A stretch of DNA of 64,000 nucleotides from the human T2T-CHM13v2.0 reference genome, Homo sapiens. The notes below the pieces were generated by a model. It was not told the DNA's origin, ran no database searches, and saw only the letters and a program-made list of their open reading frames with translations. Position numbers and translations under genes: made by a program. Below, one piece after another: positions 25,140-39,866 of the stretch. How positions within the stretch are numbered: the first letter of the stretch is position 1; every line of letters starts with the position of its first letter. Where the stretch lies: the NCBI RefSeq assembly GCF_009914755.1, contig NC_060932.1; one strand, given 5' to 3'.

Positions 25140-26830
25140 GTCTGATATACCACAATCTTTATCCCCTGTACTGATGATGAGCTGTAGAATTATTCTTCAT
25201 CTGTAGTTATGATGAATAATGCTGCTATAAGCATTTTTGTGTACATCTTCTGGTCTAGATGCATTTCTGGTAGGTATATATGTAGAAGTGAAGTTGTTGA
25301 ACCATAAGGTGTGCATATGATCGGCTTCATTACATACTGCCAGACAGACAGCATACTGTCCCAAGTGGATCATCCTGCCTTTTTTTCCCCACAATTCTGA
25401 GTGAGCATTGTTTGCTTCATATCTTTGTTGACCTTTGATATTGTCAGTCTTTTATATTTTATCCATCATGATGGATGTGTATTGGTATTAATATCTCCTA
25501 GTATTATTTTTTATAAATCAACTTCCTGAGATATAATTTACATAAATTATATATTCATTTTAAATATGCAGTTTGATAAATTATTGACAAAAATAGTATA
25601 TACTTCTTGCTAGCCGTCACCCAATCAAGGTAGAAAACATTTCATTATCTCAGAAAGTTGTTTCCCCTCACAGCCAGTCTTTGCCCCTTGACACCCACAT
25701 ACCCATCCCAAGACAACCACAGAACTGATTTCTATGACCACAGACTAGGTTTGCTGTTTCAGAATTTCATAAAGATGAAATCATGACCGTCTGTACACTC
25801 TTGGGTGTTGTATTAGTCTGTTCTTATGCTGCTAATAAAGACATACCCAAGACTGGGTAATTATAAAGGAAAGAGGTTTAATGGACTCACAGTTCCACAT
25901 GGCTGAAGAAGCCTCACAATCATGGCAGAAGAGCAAGGGACGTCTTACACGGTGGCAGGCAAGAGAGACCTTGTGCAGGGAAACTCCCTTTTATAAAACC
26001 ATCAGATCTTGTGAGACTATTCACTATCACAAGAACAGCACAGGAAAGACTTACCCCCATGATTGAATTACCTCCCACCAGGTTCCTCCCACAACACGTG
26101 AGAATTATGGAAGCTATGATTCAAGATGAGATTTGGGTGGTGACACAGGGAAACCATATCAGGTGTGGCTTATTCAACTCAGCTATTACTTTTGAGATTC
26201 ATCCATTTCATTGTTTTGTGTATCAGTCGTTTGCTCCTTTCTACTGCAAAAGAATATTCCCTTGTTCATATATCACAATTTGTTTGTCTATTCATCCACT
26301 GACAGGAGTTTGGGTTGCTTCTTATTTGGGGCTATTATGCATAAAGCTGCCATAAATATTTTTGTTGAAGTCGTTTTTTGTGAGCTTATGTTTTCATTTC
26401 TCCGGGATAAATATCTGAGAGTGGGATTGCTGAGTTTTAGGTTAGGTGAATGTTTAACTTTACAAAAAACTAAAAATTGTTTTTCAAAGTGCTTCTGCCA
26501 TTTGGCATTTTACCACCAATGTAGGAGAATCCCAGTTGCTCCTCACCCACATTTGATATTGTAATTTTAAGCATTCAGGTCACTGTGAAGGGTTATTGCC
26601 TTGGGGGTTTACTTTGTATTTTCCTGATGCTCCATTCAATTGAGTGTCTTTTTAGTATGCTTATTGTCCATTTGGATATCTTATTTGGTAACATGCCTAC
26701 CGTGTCTTTTCCCATTTTTGAATTTTGGGTTGTCTTTCTCTTCACCTATTGAATTTTAGGAATTACTTACACATCTTGGATACTTGCCCTTTGTTGGCTG
26801 TACATTACAAATATTTTCTATCGAACATCT
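25140..26830 (-). mobile_element. Old L1 (L1MC/ME-like) fragments, split by THE1 LTR
   Basis: tttgagattcatccat...ttgggttgcttcttatttggggctattatgcataaagctgccataaatatt. Confidence 0.7.
25809..26161 (-). mobile_element. THE1 (THE1B-like) solo LTR
   Basis: tgtattagtctgttc...aaaccatatca; perfect 5-bp TSD GGTGT. Confidence 0.92.
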
Positions 26831-29512
26831 TTTAAAAGGCAAATCCCATGGAAATAGAGACCCTGCTGAGTCACAGTCACCCAAGTTAATGTTTAAAATC
26901 CATTCCGTTCTTAGTGGAGGAATTGTAGGATTTACTGAGCAAGGAAGAAAGGAGAAGGAGTAGGAGCAGATCTTACCTGAGCCATAGAGATACAAGGACA
27001 AACATGACACTGCAGAGTAAAGGCTTTGGGTGTCGCCATGGCAAAATGCTCCAACTCACATGCAACCATCAGTGGTTGCCTATGCTCTGAAGGTTAAAGT
27101 TGAATTTGGGTTTAATTGGAATTAGTTTTGAAATTGATTACTAGAATCTGTCATTGACCTTGTAGTGGTTAAGTGTGTGTCATTTGACAAACCAGTAAAG
27201 AACTTAGAATTTCAGAACTCTACAAAACCTGGGAATTGTCTATTCTTGTCCCCTATATTTTGCAGATGACAAATTGAAAATCCACAGCAATGTGTCCAAT
27301 GTCACAACATCAAGTTTGTATTCTAAAGACTGATGTAATCTACTTTGTGTCTGAAAAGTGGGAAAATACCACAAGTGCTTAGCATCCGGATGGATAATTT
27401 GTGATAATTATCAGAGAAATGTAATATGCAATCTTGTCTTCAAGAAAATTCCAGTTGAATGAGGAGGTAACATCCTTCCCCAGAATGGTATAAGAACAAT
27501 GAAAGGGGCTTTATTTCAAGTGTAAACACAGAGAATTGGACTCAGTCCAGAGAGCTCTGACAGTGACCAGCTTTGATAGTCTTGGGGAAGGCCATGGCAG
27601 GTTTGAGCATGACAGTCTCGGCCCATCAGTGATCTTCAGAGCCGAACATGTTACTTCTTTTCAGAGGTCAAAATATGTATTCACCTGCTGATCAGCCAAG
27701 TTCTTGAAGACCTGCCCTGGAAGTGGGTTTGCAGGCAATTTAACAGGAGCAAGTGCTTGATAAACATGTCCATTGATAGATGGATTGTGTTTGCTGAGAA
27801 TAGAGGCTGGTTAAAGAAAGTACATTTGGCTTCAACTCTATTCCCAAGGACTGTCAGTCTAGGAGACCCCATCCAGGAACTTGCAGAAGAGGAGGATCTA
27901 CTGTGACAGGTCATTATCAAGGGGCACCAATGCTGCAGGTCAGCACTCAATAAATATGTCCAGCACTGCTAGCAGGTTTGCAAGAAGAGCAAATACTCCT
28001 GAAGAACAAGCAATAAAATGGATATTTTTATACTACTTTATTTTTATTAATAATCATAATAATAGGTGCTCCTTGTGAAGAAAATTCTGTTCTAGGCAGA
28101 GTTCTAGACACTTTATAGTTAACAAAATGCATTCATAAGCTTTCCTCATTTCATTCCACAAATACCCTATGACTTAGGCAGGATAAATAATAATGATTTT
28201 GTATAACAGATAAGGAAATGGAGGCATTAGTTTTCTTTTATAAATGGCATAGAATTTGGAAGCAGACAAGCCTGTGCTTAAATATTAGTAAGTTATTGTT
28301 TTTTTATTAATTCACTTAATACTCTGTTGACTTAAGAATTAGGTATTCTCAGGAATAGAATGTGTCATTTCCAGAACAAAAAGGGAAACTGATGCTCAAA
28401 AAGCTTAAGGGTCTATAAGAGCAAGTTTATGACAAGGCTTGAACTAAACCCAGGTCCCTGACTTTCATTCAGCCTACCCTTCTGATACTGTGTATTATTA
28501 GCATTATTTTGATATCTTTAATCCATATTTTTTCAGTGCATATAATTTTCATACTTGCAATCCAACTGTGTATAAGGGAGTAGTGTAGGGTTAGGCCTGT
28601 GGGTATCTCTTACGCACACTCAGACTAAAGGACAGCAATACGTCCATGTTTCAAAACTGCACTTGTACCCCCCAAATTTATACAAAAACATAGAAGGCAT
28701 TCCTGAGTATAGAGAGGAAATAGTTATGTCAGCTCTATTATGGATGAACCCTGTCCACCACTTGATGTCTCTGAGATTCTCTTTCCTAATATAAAAAATA
28801 GGATTTGTTCATTTTCTGAAGGGATTGGAGTAATGAAACTGAAGGAGGAACAACACCTATTGTGTGTTATTCACTAGGGAAGTCCAGAGATGGGCCAAGC
28901 ACCATCTTTGCCTTGGAGGTGAGCTCTTCATTGCAGATGCCCGAGTCCAACATCCTGTTACTCCTCTGCCCCTCAAGTTGCTCAGGTTTCCCCACTGTGC
29001 ATTCCTCAACACTAACAGCTCTGTCTCCTTTTCTCTGGGAGCCTTGCATCTATTGGGCCAACCCAGTCTATTCACTGGTACCAAGACATGGTAGACCAGT
29101 GGTTACTTGTGAGGTTTCCACAGTATAGTGAAGACTGCATGGCCTTGAAGAGCCTAGCAGGAGAAGGTTTGCATTCAGCCTCATATCGTGTGACTTTCAG
29201 CAAGTTATTTGGCCTCACGAAGTCACCATTTCTCCATCCATTATCACAGAGATAATCATTTCTAAGTCTCGGTGTATTCAGGCACTTTGTAAATGCTAAA
29301 ACTCTCTGGCAACAGACAGGATAATTATTGTTCTTGCACGAGATGACATTTGCAAAGACGGTCCTATGGAGCTGACTCAACATCTGCAGCCAGCCAGGGC
29401 CACCTAGTGCCACTGACAAATTTAAGATAATGAGCTGGCTATAGGACAGCCTCTTCTTGAGAAAACAGTGCATGGTGACAATTCTCATTCTTTTTTTTTT
29501 TTTTCTAACTTC

Positions 29513-29597
29513 AGTGGAATGTCAGTTTTTGCCTTTATGAATGGGAAAAGACATGGAATCAGTTTCCATTCTTAAAGGTAGAAACTGACATTCCACT
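29513..29597. other. 85-nt inverted repeat / hairpin (35-bp stem, 15-nt loop)
   Basis: Arms 29513-29547 and 29563-29597: 31 Watson-Crick pairs, 3 G-T, 1 T-T mismatch. Confidence 0.9.
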
Positions 29598-29928
29598 AAA
29601 AACTTCAGTCCTTGGATTGTTCAGACTTAGAACCTTTTATGGGAAGCCCAGGAAGTGAAATCTTAAAGCATTATCATAGCCCTTCCTGTGGATCAGTTGT
29701 GATGAGAGGGAAAAGAGGGTATAGATGTCCCATAATTGCATAGAGTGGGGCTGGAAGCTGACAGACTCTATTCAAGCCACCTTTTTGACTGAAGGACCCT
29801 GGGGCAAGGCATACCTCAGAGAGAACATATCCTAGCTCTGTTGCTCATACGATGCACGCCTGTGTCACTGTGGGCAAATTATATCACATATCTAAGCTTA
29901 CTTTGTCCCATCTGTAACATGGGGTTAA

Positions 29929-30273
<345 letters not shown>

Positions 30274-32750
30274 TAGCAAATTAAATGGGGAAAGATATAA
30301 AAACTTCTTTGCATCTGCTTCAATGTGCAGACCACCCACTGCCTTGCACGTGGAGGGAAGGGAAGGAGGAGAAAGGGAATGCGATTCATGATTCCTGCTT
30401 TGGAGGTGCTAATGCCTTGCTTCCTGGCTGCCTAGCTCCTGCTATCTGGGAATTCCCACCCTCCTCTAGGCACACCCATCATGGGCAGGTTCCTCTCTCC
30501 ATAAAGAAAAGAACTCCCAGGCTGCATCCCTGAGCTCTGTCTCCAGCCTGTTATGATTGTCGTGTGCCTGGTTTCAGGGAGGGAGCATCTCTTAAAAGGG
30601 CGTTGTCTCCTCCTCTCCATATCTTCAGTCACAAGCATCAAGAAAAGCCTGGCCTCAGGTAACTGAGGCTCAGCACCAGCTCTGGCACTCAGCAGCCCTG
30701 TCCCAAAAGGTCCCCTTCCCTCTCCTGAGTCTGTTTCTCCACTGCCAAACTAAGGGTTGATGAGATGATGTCTAAGGGCCCTTCTGGCTTTAAAACTCTG
30801 ACTTCTCAAAGGCTAAACAAAACAAAATAAAACCCCAGGAACAGATAAATTCATCAAAATGAAAAAACTATAACTCAGTTATTAGATGCAGGCATTGGAG
30901 GGAAGCCAGAAAAGGCTGACGCAGCTCTCACTTGCAAAGGCAATCTCTCCATCAACCTCCCCGCTCCCTCTCCGGCCCCAGCTCACTGCTCACTCACCAT
31001 ACTCAGGAAGAACCAATCGAAAGCATAGGCCCTCCATGGGGAGGCCAGACTATGAGGTCTCCAAAGTAGAAGGGGTGCCTGTTTAATGCATTGCTGAGCT
31101 GCAGAGTTCCACCATCCATGACAGTTGTGGGAAATTTTGTGGCCTACCCACCTGCACCAATGGGTTCCTGAGTGGAAGGATTAACTTGATCCACATCTAA
31201 GATGCAGCATATTAGAAGAAAGAGCCTTGCCTTGCAGTTGGAGAGGGAGCCGTGGAGAGTCAGTTTCAATACCTCCTAACTGCACGACTTTGAACAAGTT
31301 ATATAATCCTTTTCAGAATCTCACTGTCCATAATACTAAAATGGGAGCCTATAGCTCTGCCTATCTCCAATGCATTGTTGTGCATGTTAACATTTTTTAA
31401 ATGAACTTCAAAGTCCTCAGTTAAGGCTAAAGCACCATGCAAATGTCAGGCCTCATCAATACTGAGACCAGGTACATATTTAAGGGTTTGGCTAGGCTGC
31501 TCTGGGTGCAACTACTTTGATATTGGCACTGATTCTAAATATTGTTAGAGTATCCTGTGCTTGGCAGTTGTTGGAAAGAGCTGGGTATCCTTGTTCCCTG
31601 AGCCACCTGAGGGTAAAACTCCTGGACAGAAGGCTGCACAGGCAGTGCCATTCATCCCCAGGGCATCTCAACACAGTCCTCAGAGCATCCTACACCTGGG
31701 CACAAGGCCCCTCTCCTATGCTGCCCAGTGGGAGGAAACCACACCTGGCAGTGCAAGTCAGGAAGCCTGGGAGTAGAAGGCAAAGCCCTCCCTGAAGATC
31801 CCATTGTTTCCTTTTCCTCCCTCCCCACTGACACCAGTAGGATCTCAGTTCATCTCAGAGGTGGCATCCCAACCATTCTTGTGCAGAGGCTGGCTGCTTC
31901 CCTAGGGATGAGGGCTTTGCTAGAAAACAGGAGTACCTTTGCTCTCCCAGTGTCATGCCCTCTGCCCAAATTATGCAAAAGCACAAATTATCCTGGGATG
32001 CAAATCAGGCTACCTGCAGAAGCATACCCAGTTGCTCTGGGAGCTTTGAGGAGCCAGACAGTCATGGCCACTGTCCTGAACCACAGCCTCTGTGGTACAC
32101 CCTGCAGTCTACTGAACCAGTGCCCCATAAGAGTCTGCTCAGTGTCAGGCATTTTGGTGGGTTCTGGGCAGAGGAATAGGGGCCATTAGTACCTGCTAAG
32201 TTAGCTTTGCTTGTCAGTGTCAGGCAACCAAATTATTCTCCATCTGAGAGGGTTCATTTCTGACACAGTGTTCATGGATGTCTCTCTATAAACTGAGAAC
32301 ATTTGAAGCCATTAAGAAAAATGATTTTCTAATTATTCCTGTAGTCAGAGGCAGGAGCACACAGCAAGCTGATGAGTTCTCTCTCTCCATCTCTCTCCAA
32401 GTGCCCCACACTTGTAAAACTGGAACCACAGCCCAGCTACCTTGGAGGAAGTTCAAGAGCTGAGTAGCCAATAAGAGGCTGTAGTTCTTATCCTGACCAG
32501 GTATTATTAAGAGAGTAGAATGTTGCTGTTTTCCTTCCTAAGGGTCATGTGTGGCTCAAGGTCTTCCTCCATTCCTGGGGTGACTGCAGCTGCTGAGAGC
32601 CATTGCTCCGGCTCTCAACAAGTGTTGTCACTGCTCTCCTGGGCCATCAGATCCAGCCCCCTAGGGCTCCCTAGGCAGAACTTTTCCTCCTCCTTTATCC
32701 TTTCAGACATTGCCAACCTTCACGTCAGAAGTCTGATGCAGGGTGGAAAA

Positions 32751-32834
32751 GTGGGGGGCTTTGGAGCAGTGGGGAGCTTTGGAACAGTGGGGAGCTTTGG
32801 AGCAGTGGGGAGCTTTGGAGCAGTGGGGAGCTTT
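32751..32834. repeat. 18-bp minisatellite (GTGGGGAGCTTTGGAGCA) x4.7
   Basis: Units at 32751, 32769, 32787, 32805 and 32823. Confidence 0.95.
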
Positions 32835-33349
32835 AGTATCGTCTCTGACCACAGAATGTAGGCCCAGGGAGCACCTCACCTGGGCAGCAGTGCAGTGTGG
32901 GAGCACAAGTATTTGGTGGTTGAGGCACTATCTATCCAGGGCAGCAACTGGTATGATAGAAAACGCCGCACATCATTGCTGACCTTCCTGTATCCTCTCT
33001 CTCCTCTCACTTCAATCTCTGGCTAGCTCCTTTCTCAGACACCTTTGAACACACCCCTCTCTTTATAACCCTGGTCATGCACTTATCATTTCCCTTTCTC
33101 CTCCTCCCTTCCCTACCTGTAAAATAAAGAACATGAACTAGAGTTTTTCAGAAGGACTTTTTGCTCTGACAGCTTATTACTTGATGATTTCTCCTTTCCT
33201 TTCCTTAAACTTCCAGAATGGGAACTGAAAAGCATATGAACCAAGTGCTGCTGATCCTGGAAGCTCAAAATCCTTTCTTAAAAGGGCTTTTGCTGGGGAG
33301 GGTTTTCTAGGAAATAAAGTGTCCTTCCTCTTACTCCATGATAGGGTGA

Positions 33350-33762
<413 letters not shown>

Positions 33763-35949
33763 TATCTTCAATTTTGAGTTATAGGGTCATCCCACTGTTT
33801 TCTTCCAGCAGGCTTGGTGGGCCTCTGTCGGTTGGTACTGCTTGTTAGAATTGTTCCGCAAGAACACAGCCAACGCTTGGTGCCATATGGCCTTGATATA
33901 GAACACCAGCTGCGTTCATCAGTTCATTTTGCTTCATGTTAGCTAGGAGCTAGAATAAGGATAGAGCAAGGGTCTGATCAGGAGATTGTTGTTCTCTACT
34001 CATGGAAGGAAGAGAAAGAACATCTTTTCTCTGTTATCCAGCAGGTGCCAGATGAACAGGAACCAAGACACTGAATGGAGAAGCATAGCTTGATTGCAGG
34101 CAGCACCTTGAAAATTCCCCTCTGCCTGTATGCCAGTGGTGTTGGCAATATGTATGTCTTTCATTGTCTATACACCATTTTTAGACTAGACATAGAAAAA
34201 GCAAAGCTGTTAAAGGAAAGGGAGGGGGCAAATAAACTATGCCCATTGACTAACATAGATAAAGGAATTATATGTCTAGAAGCTTCCTTTAAGGCAAAGC
34301 AAAAAGGGAAAGATGATGGGTTTTTGATACCTTTTATTTGGTAGGAGGAAAAAAATAGCATTTTCTGGAGAGGCAAGTCACTTATCTCCCATGACAGAGC
34401 CAAAGACTGATAGGAATGTATCTCGTAGCACCTTTGGAGAAACAATAAATGGCCAGTGGGCAATGTCTTCCAATGAGATTGTGGATTATAGGAGCAGGAG
34501 GGTAAAATTTGGGGAACAGGGTGTTTGTACCAGGCAACAACATGGAGGCTGCTGATAGGGGAGGTGCTGGGGGTAGGTGCTGTGTCCCCAGCCCTTCCTT
34601 CCTTCCCTCTCTATGCCTTCTCTGCTGTCCCAGCTTTCTGGTCCCCAATGCTAAGTAGAGGGAGAGGGCTGTGTGTGGAACAAAGCCAGGTAGATAGTGC
34701 AGAGACTGAACCGAAACAGCTGGGAGATTTGAGAGAAGCTTGGAGAGAAGTTAACTGGATTTCTATTTCTTGATTGTACTGTTAAAATGTTCCTTTAATG
34801 TGAAAGCCTTTCTGTTAAATGAAGGGGAAAGGGAACTCTACGACAAGTAGCAGCCGTAAAACAAAGGGAACAAAAGGAGGAAACTGCTGAAATGGGTTTT
34901 GTTGCTATAGATATATGGAGACACATGGCTGGGCTGATGAATGGATTGAGGCAGCATTTGCAGCAAAGAGCCTGAAACAAGAAAACGGAGACAGTGAGTG
35001 GGAAGAGAAAGGGGCTTGTCTCAAGAGCATCCACCAGGAGCTAAGCCAAGTGGCTGAAAATAAAATAGCCAGCTCAGATGCCCCTTAGCTGGGAAGTGAG
35101 GGAGTGAGAAAACTAAGAACAGGTCAAAATTGAAAAGAAATTTTGGCCCATCCCCTTTAATTTGCAGTTGCAAGTTCCTCTGGGTCAACCCCAATGACAG
35201 CAGGCAGCAGGGACAATCTGGAAGACAGGGCAGTCTTAAGCCAGTGGATGAGAAATACAACAAACTTTCAGTGAATGGATCTGAGAACCCCTTTCCAGGT
35301 TCAGTCTAGCCCCCCAAACACACACATACACTCACACATAAAACTTACACACAAAACTCACATCCCTTAGAAAAGGAACAAATAAGTTACAATAGCAAGA
35401 GATGCTCAGAAGTAAATCTGTCTTGCTGCAGGTAGAGAGGAGTGTAAATTTCATGCAGGACCAATAAAATGAAGCCACTCTCCTCCAGGAACAGTACCAG
35501 TTATTGCATCACAGGTGACCTATAGCCACAGAAGGTGTATAAATTGCAGTGTTTATAGAGTCTTTCCTCATTTGTGTCGGTGGTAATTACATTTTGGGGG
35601 TATGAATTCGTAAATTCCAGGGGCTTCGCCATAAAGTCCACCAACCACCAGATTGACAGCAGAAAGATTCAATCAGTAGCCCAGGGCCAGGGCTGGGGGA
35701 CCCCACTCCCTACTTTCGGCCTGCGACAAGGTTCTGTGTTCATTCACCCCCTAACTTCATTGGCACACCTTAGTGCTGGGCTGCCTGGAAAACTGGGACA
35801 GACAAAGGGTGATGCTCATGTTTTTAGAGAATGGGATTTTGAATGGAAGTGAACCCTCATGTTTCAACGCTTCTTCTCCTCTGTCCTCTGAATAAAATTT
35901 ACATGCATGGTGCACAAGCCTTGGACCAGTCTTAGTCCTGTTTCAAGGT

Positions 35950-36285
35950 AAAATCCAGTCATCCTCTGCTGACCTCTTACAGCTTCCTGGACACTACCTG
36001 TGTCTTTGCCAGTGCACCTTCTCCTGGAATGTCCCCTTTGCCTAGCTGTCCACTCATCTGGGCCGATTTGCTCAGTACTTTGCCAGATAGATCCAGTCTC
36101 CCCTTGGCTGGTCCCATTCCCTCCCCTCAGTCTTATTTTCTGGCATGGAAAGCAGTGGAGTATCTTCCCCTCTAAACTGGAAGGTGCTTCAGTGCCATGC
36201 AATGTGGTTCCTCTCAGCAGCCCTGTATCTGGTGGCTCCCACAATGCCTAGAATACGGAAAGTGATCGCTAAGTGACTGAAAGAA
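35950..36285 (+). mobile_element. L2 3' fragment
   Basis: ctcctggaatgtccc...cccctctaaactggaag...cacaatgcctagaatac. Confidence 0.5.
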
Positions 36286-36908
36286 GAGAGCAATGTCAGG
36301 AGCCCAGGAAAGTCTAGAGCTCCACCTGCCTTCTGGGTCACACGGCCCCTCCTGCAGTATCCCCATCACTATGGGCAGGAAAGAGAAGTGGTCCCAGCCC
36401 CACGTCCCAGCTATCCCCATCCAATATTCACAGCTCACCTCCACCCTCTGCCTTGGTTCCATTAGGACAAAAGCCAAGTCTCCTTTATCCCTTTCTTCTT
36501 CTTTATATCAGCTTTTGGAGGAGGTCAGGATGCCAGGATGACCACTTCCTGTCGCAGGGATAATACTCTTCAAACAGCTCTCTGGGCCAAAAGACATTCT
36601 CCCTGCACCCCCTGGCCCCTGTCATGCTACTCTGCTCTTCTTTGCTTTGCAGTACTTGTCACTACCAGAGATGCTATGCAGCTTACATCTTTATTTTATC
36701 ATTATCCTCTTGCTGAAAGGTTAGCTCCTTGAAGGCAGATAATTTTGGCCTATTGTTTACTGCCGTATCCTGGGATATGGGAGGGGCCTAGTCAGGCATG
36801 GTGAAAGAGTGAGTGGATGCTGGTGGTTCTCAGATTGGAAGGTCACTAGTTCTTTCTGGGTTAGACCTGTAGCCCCATCTCCATGCAGCCAAACTGCTCT
36901 TATTTATT

Positions 36909-37174
36909 TTTTGAGACAGAGTGTCCTTCTGTCACCCAGGCTTACTGCAACCTCTGCCTCCCAGGTTTAAGCGATGCTCATGCCTCAGCCTCCTGAGTAA
37001 CTGGGATTACAGGCATGCACCACCACACCTGGCTAATTTTTGTATTTTTAGTAGAGACAGGGTTTCATCATGTTGGCAAGGCTGGTCTCGAACTCCTGGC
37101 TTTATGTGATCTGCCCCCTCACCTTGGCCTCCCAAAGTGCTGGGATTACAGGTGTGAGCCACTGCGCCTAGTAA
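36909..37174 (-). mobile_element. Alu (AluS) with a deletion of about 25 bp in the right arm
   Basis: cccaggct|tactgcaac junction; TSD GCTCTTATTTATT (36896-36908 / 37175-37187). Confidence 0.93.
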
Positions 37175-39866
37175 GCTCTTATTTATTGTGTATGGGGAGC
37201 ATCCAACAATTCTCCTTTTGGTTTCTACCGACTGGTCCATGCATCCCCGGCCCCCCAGCCCACTAGGTTCTGATTCTTCAGCCTGCCCTATGACAGCACA
37301 GGTTCTCATTGCTCAGCCTGCAGGGCGTGACCCTGGACCCTCCTCATACTAGGTGACGCAGCTGGGGGATAGGTGATTGGTCCCCCGCCTCACCCCAGTG
37401 CTCCGGCTTCTCCTGGCTGACTTATTTGAACAGCTTCCTTGGGAAAAAGAACACCAAGCAGAAGGGCAGAAGCCAGCATAGGTCGGAGCTAGGTATTTCC
37501 ATGCACCTTATCTCACTGACTCTTCACTGTGCTCTTCAGAGGTCAAAAATGTCAACCATATTTTTAAAACCAGGCAAGTGAGGCCAATCAGATATCTTGC
37601 TCAAGGTCACACAGCTGGTAAGAAGCATAGCTTCAAATCTGGATCACTGCTGATGCCACAGGCCAGTCTCTTTAACAGAGTCATGATGGCATGAGGCATC
37701 CTGAGGAATGGGAGAGACTACTCAGAGCATTTATTTTGATGTCTGTTTTGAGTGTGACTTACGATGTGACAATTTTTGACATTCAATTCCTTTGGAGATA
37801 ACAGTCTGGCTGAAATGGCATAGATATGACTCCCAAGAATCTTGGAACAGAACAGGGCCTCCTGAGTGATCATGTATTGCCCAACCCACCCATTAGATAG
37901 CTGGGGAGACTGAGGCCCAAGAGGAAAATGGTTGCATACAGATTCTCACAAATAACGACTAGTGCCTGGAACCCCGGGCTTCAATTTTCTAGGCTGTGTG
38001 TTGACCACCTAAGGCGGCTTTTTTGTGGTCTTAGCACAGCAAAGGGAGATGAGTCTCCAGCCTTTCCCTGTGGACCATTTTTAAGTCAGGAACTGTGCTC
38101 TTGACCAATGCATGGGGTGTGGAATTCTCTGAATCTAGATAGGTGGTGCCCAGAATGTCTGAGATGGGCTAATCCACTGGAGACCTAGGGCCAGAGGTTG
38201 GCAGTGGATGACACTTGCTGGAAGTGGAGGGAGGATGACCTGAAGACCACCCTGGGCCCCACCCAGGATCCAGACTGATTCTAGCTTTTTCTCTTCCCTA
38301 AGTGATGTCTCACCTTCCAAAGAGGGGCAATGATGTAGTGGAATGTGCCTGGCAAAAATCATGCCATCCCAACCTCTTTAACTCCACCAGCCGGCGCACA
38401 AATCAGGTGGCCTCTGGGGAGCCAGCCTCGGGATTGGACATTTATGACCCTCCTTTGGAAATCTGGCTCTGGGATGGCATCTGTTTCATAAGCAGACCTG
38501 CCCATGTATAGCCCAGACAGCTGTGAGGTTGATTTATGCCTTTAATACCACGAGCTTCATTTAGCCGGTCTGGAAAACACATTTCGGCGTGTGAAGCTAG
38601 AGTCTTTCTCTCCTCGTCCATCCTCACTGGACATTAATTTCGACAGTGGGTTTTGTCGTTGTTGTTTTTGCTGTTCCTTTTTGGACAGGTCTATTTTTCC
38701 GTCTTGGATAACATCCATGCTGATCACAGCTCACCACAGGCTTCTGGAGAGCCAAGGGGGCTGGGAGCTAGAACTGGGTAGGGGGAAAATGATCAGGCAT
38801 CGTCTCTGAGATTTTTGAATTTTCCATAAAGAGAATTGTGGGAAGTAGTCATTACCCTCCTCTGCCCCAGATCAAAACTACAGCACCCTAAAATTTTTAA
38901 CCATTTTCATTTATCCAAATAAACACACTGTTTACACATTTTCATTGAAGCTATCATAAATGTTGAAAATGGCTTTACTCAATATTGCCTCATTAGTGGA
39001 AAGGTACTGCTCTTGGTAGTGAAGTTCTTGGTCGTGAATTTTCTCTTTTGGTGGAAGGGCAGAGCAATCAGATTTTGTAGGTTTTTTTAATCATTTGCCA
39101 CAGCAACAGACAGCAGAATGGCACACGTGATAGCTTGAGAGCATCATTATCTCCCCGTATCCCCTGGGACCCCGTTCACTTTCTTTTCATGGATTCTCTG
39201 TAAGTTATACATCAAACCACATTCTTCAGGTGCTTTCAGATTTCCCACTTTCAAGTTGTTATGTCTTGGTTTTGCTGTTTCTTCTATTCTTTTTTTTCCC
39301 TTTTTCATTGATTCTTAGTTCTTTTCATAAGACATTGCATCCCTCCTCTCTCCACACACAAACACATGCACTCAACTGCCCCAAAGCAGCCTTTTCTATC
39401 CATCTGTGCTGGTTTTTTCAATGATGAAATCCTTTATCCTGACGGGGCTGTGTTCTTCGGTGTCCATGAAACTTGGGATGAGGATGCTTGATTAGGCCAA
39501 CGCTCTGAGGGAGGAAAGTTCACTTATTGTCTCATCCTAAACAAGAGGACGTTATATCTCAGCAAGGCCGGGACTTGTTCAAGGAGACACAGAGTAAGGC
39601 AGGCCACCAGCCAAAGCCCAGAGACTTCCTCACTCCAGGCTCTGGCCTGGTCACCAGCATGGTTAGGTGGATGTCAGCATCTCCAGGTGGAGCCCCCAGG
39701 GACTTTACAGGAATAAGATGGGTCTGAAGTTGATGAGAGGAGGAGGGGGCAGTGATGGGACAGGGACAGGGTAGACTTATGACTCTGAGATAGTCCAGGT
39801 AGATGTCCACATTTGGGTAACTGGTACCTCGTGTTTTCCTAGAGGCTTGAAGCCCACTCTAGGTAC

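Noticed and set aside
32751-32834. Regular repeat array resembling CRISPR or a repetitive protein (GAVGSF / WGALEQ)
   Set aside because: No spacers and a eukaryotic context; a plain tandem repeat.
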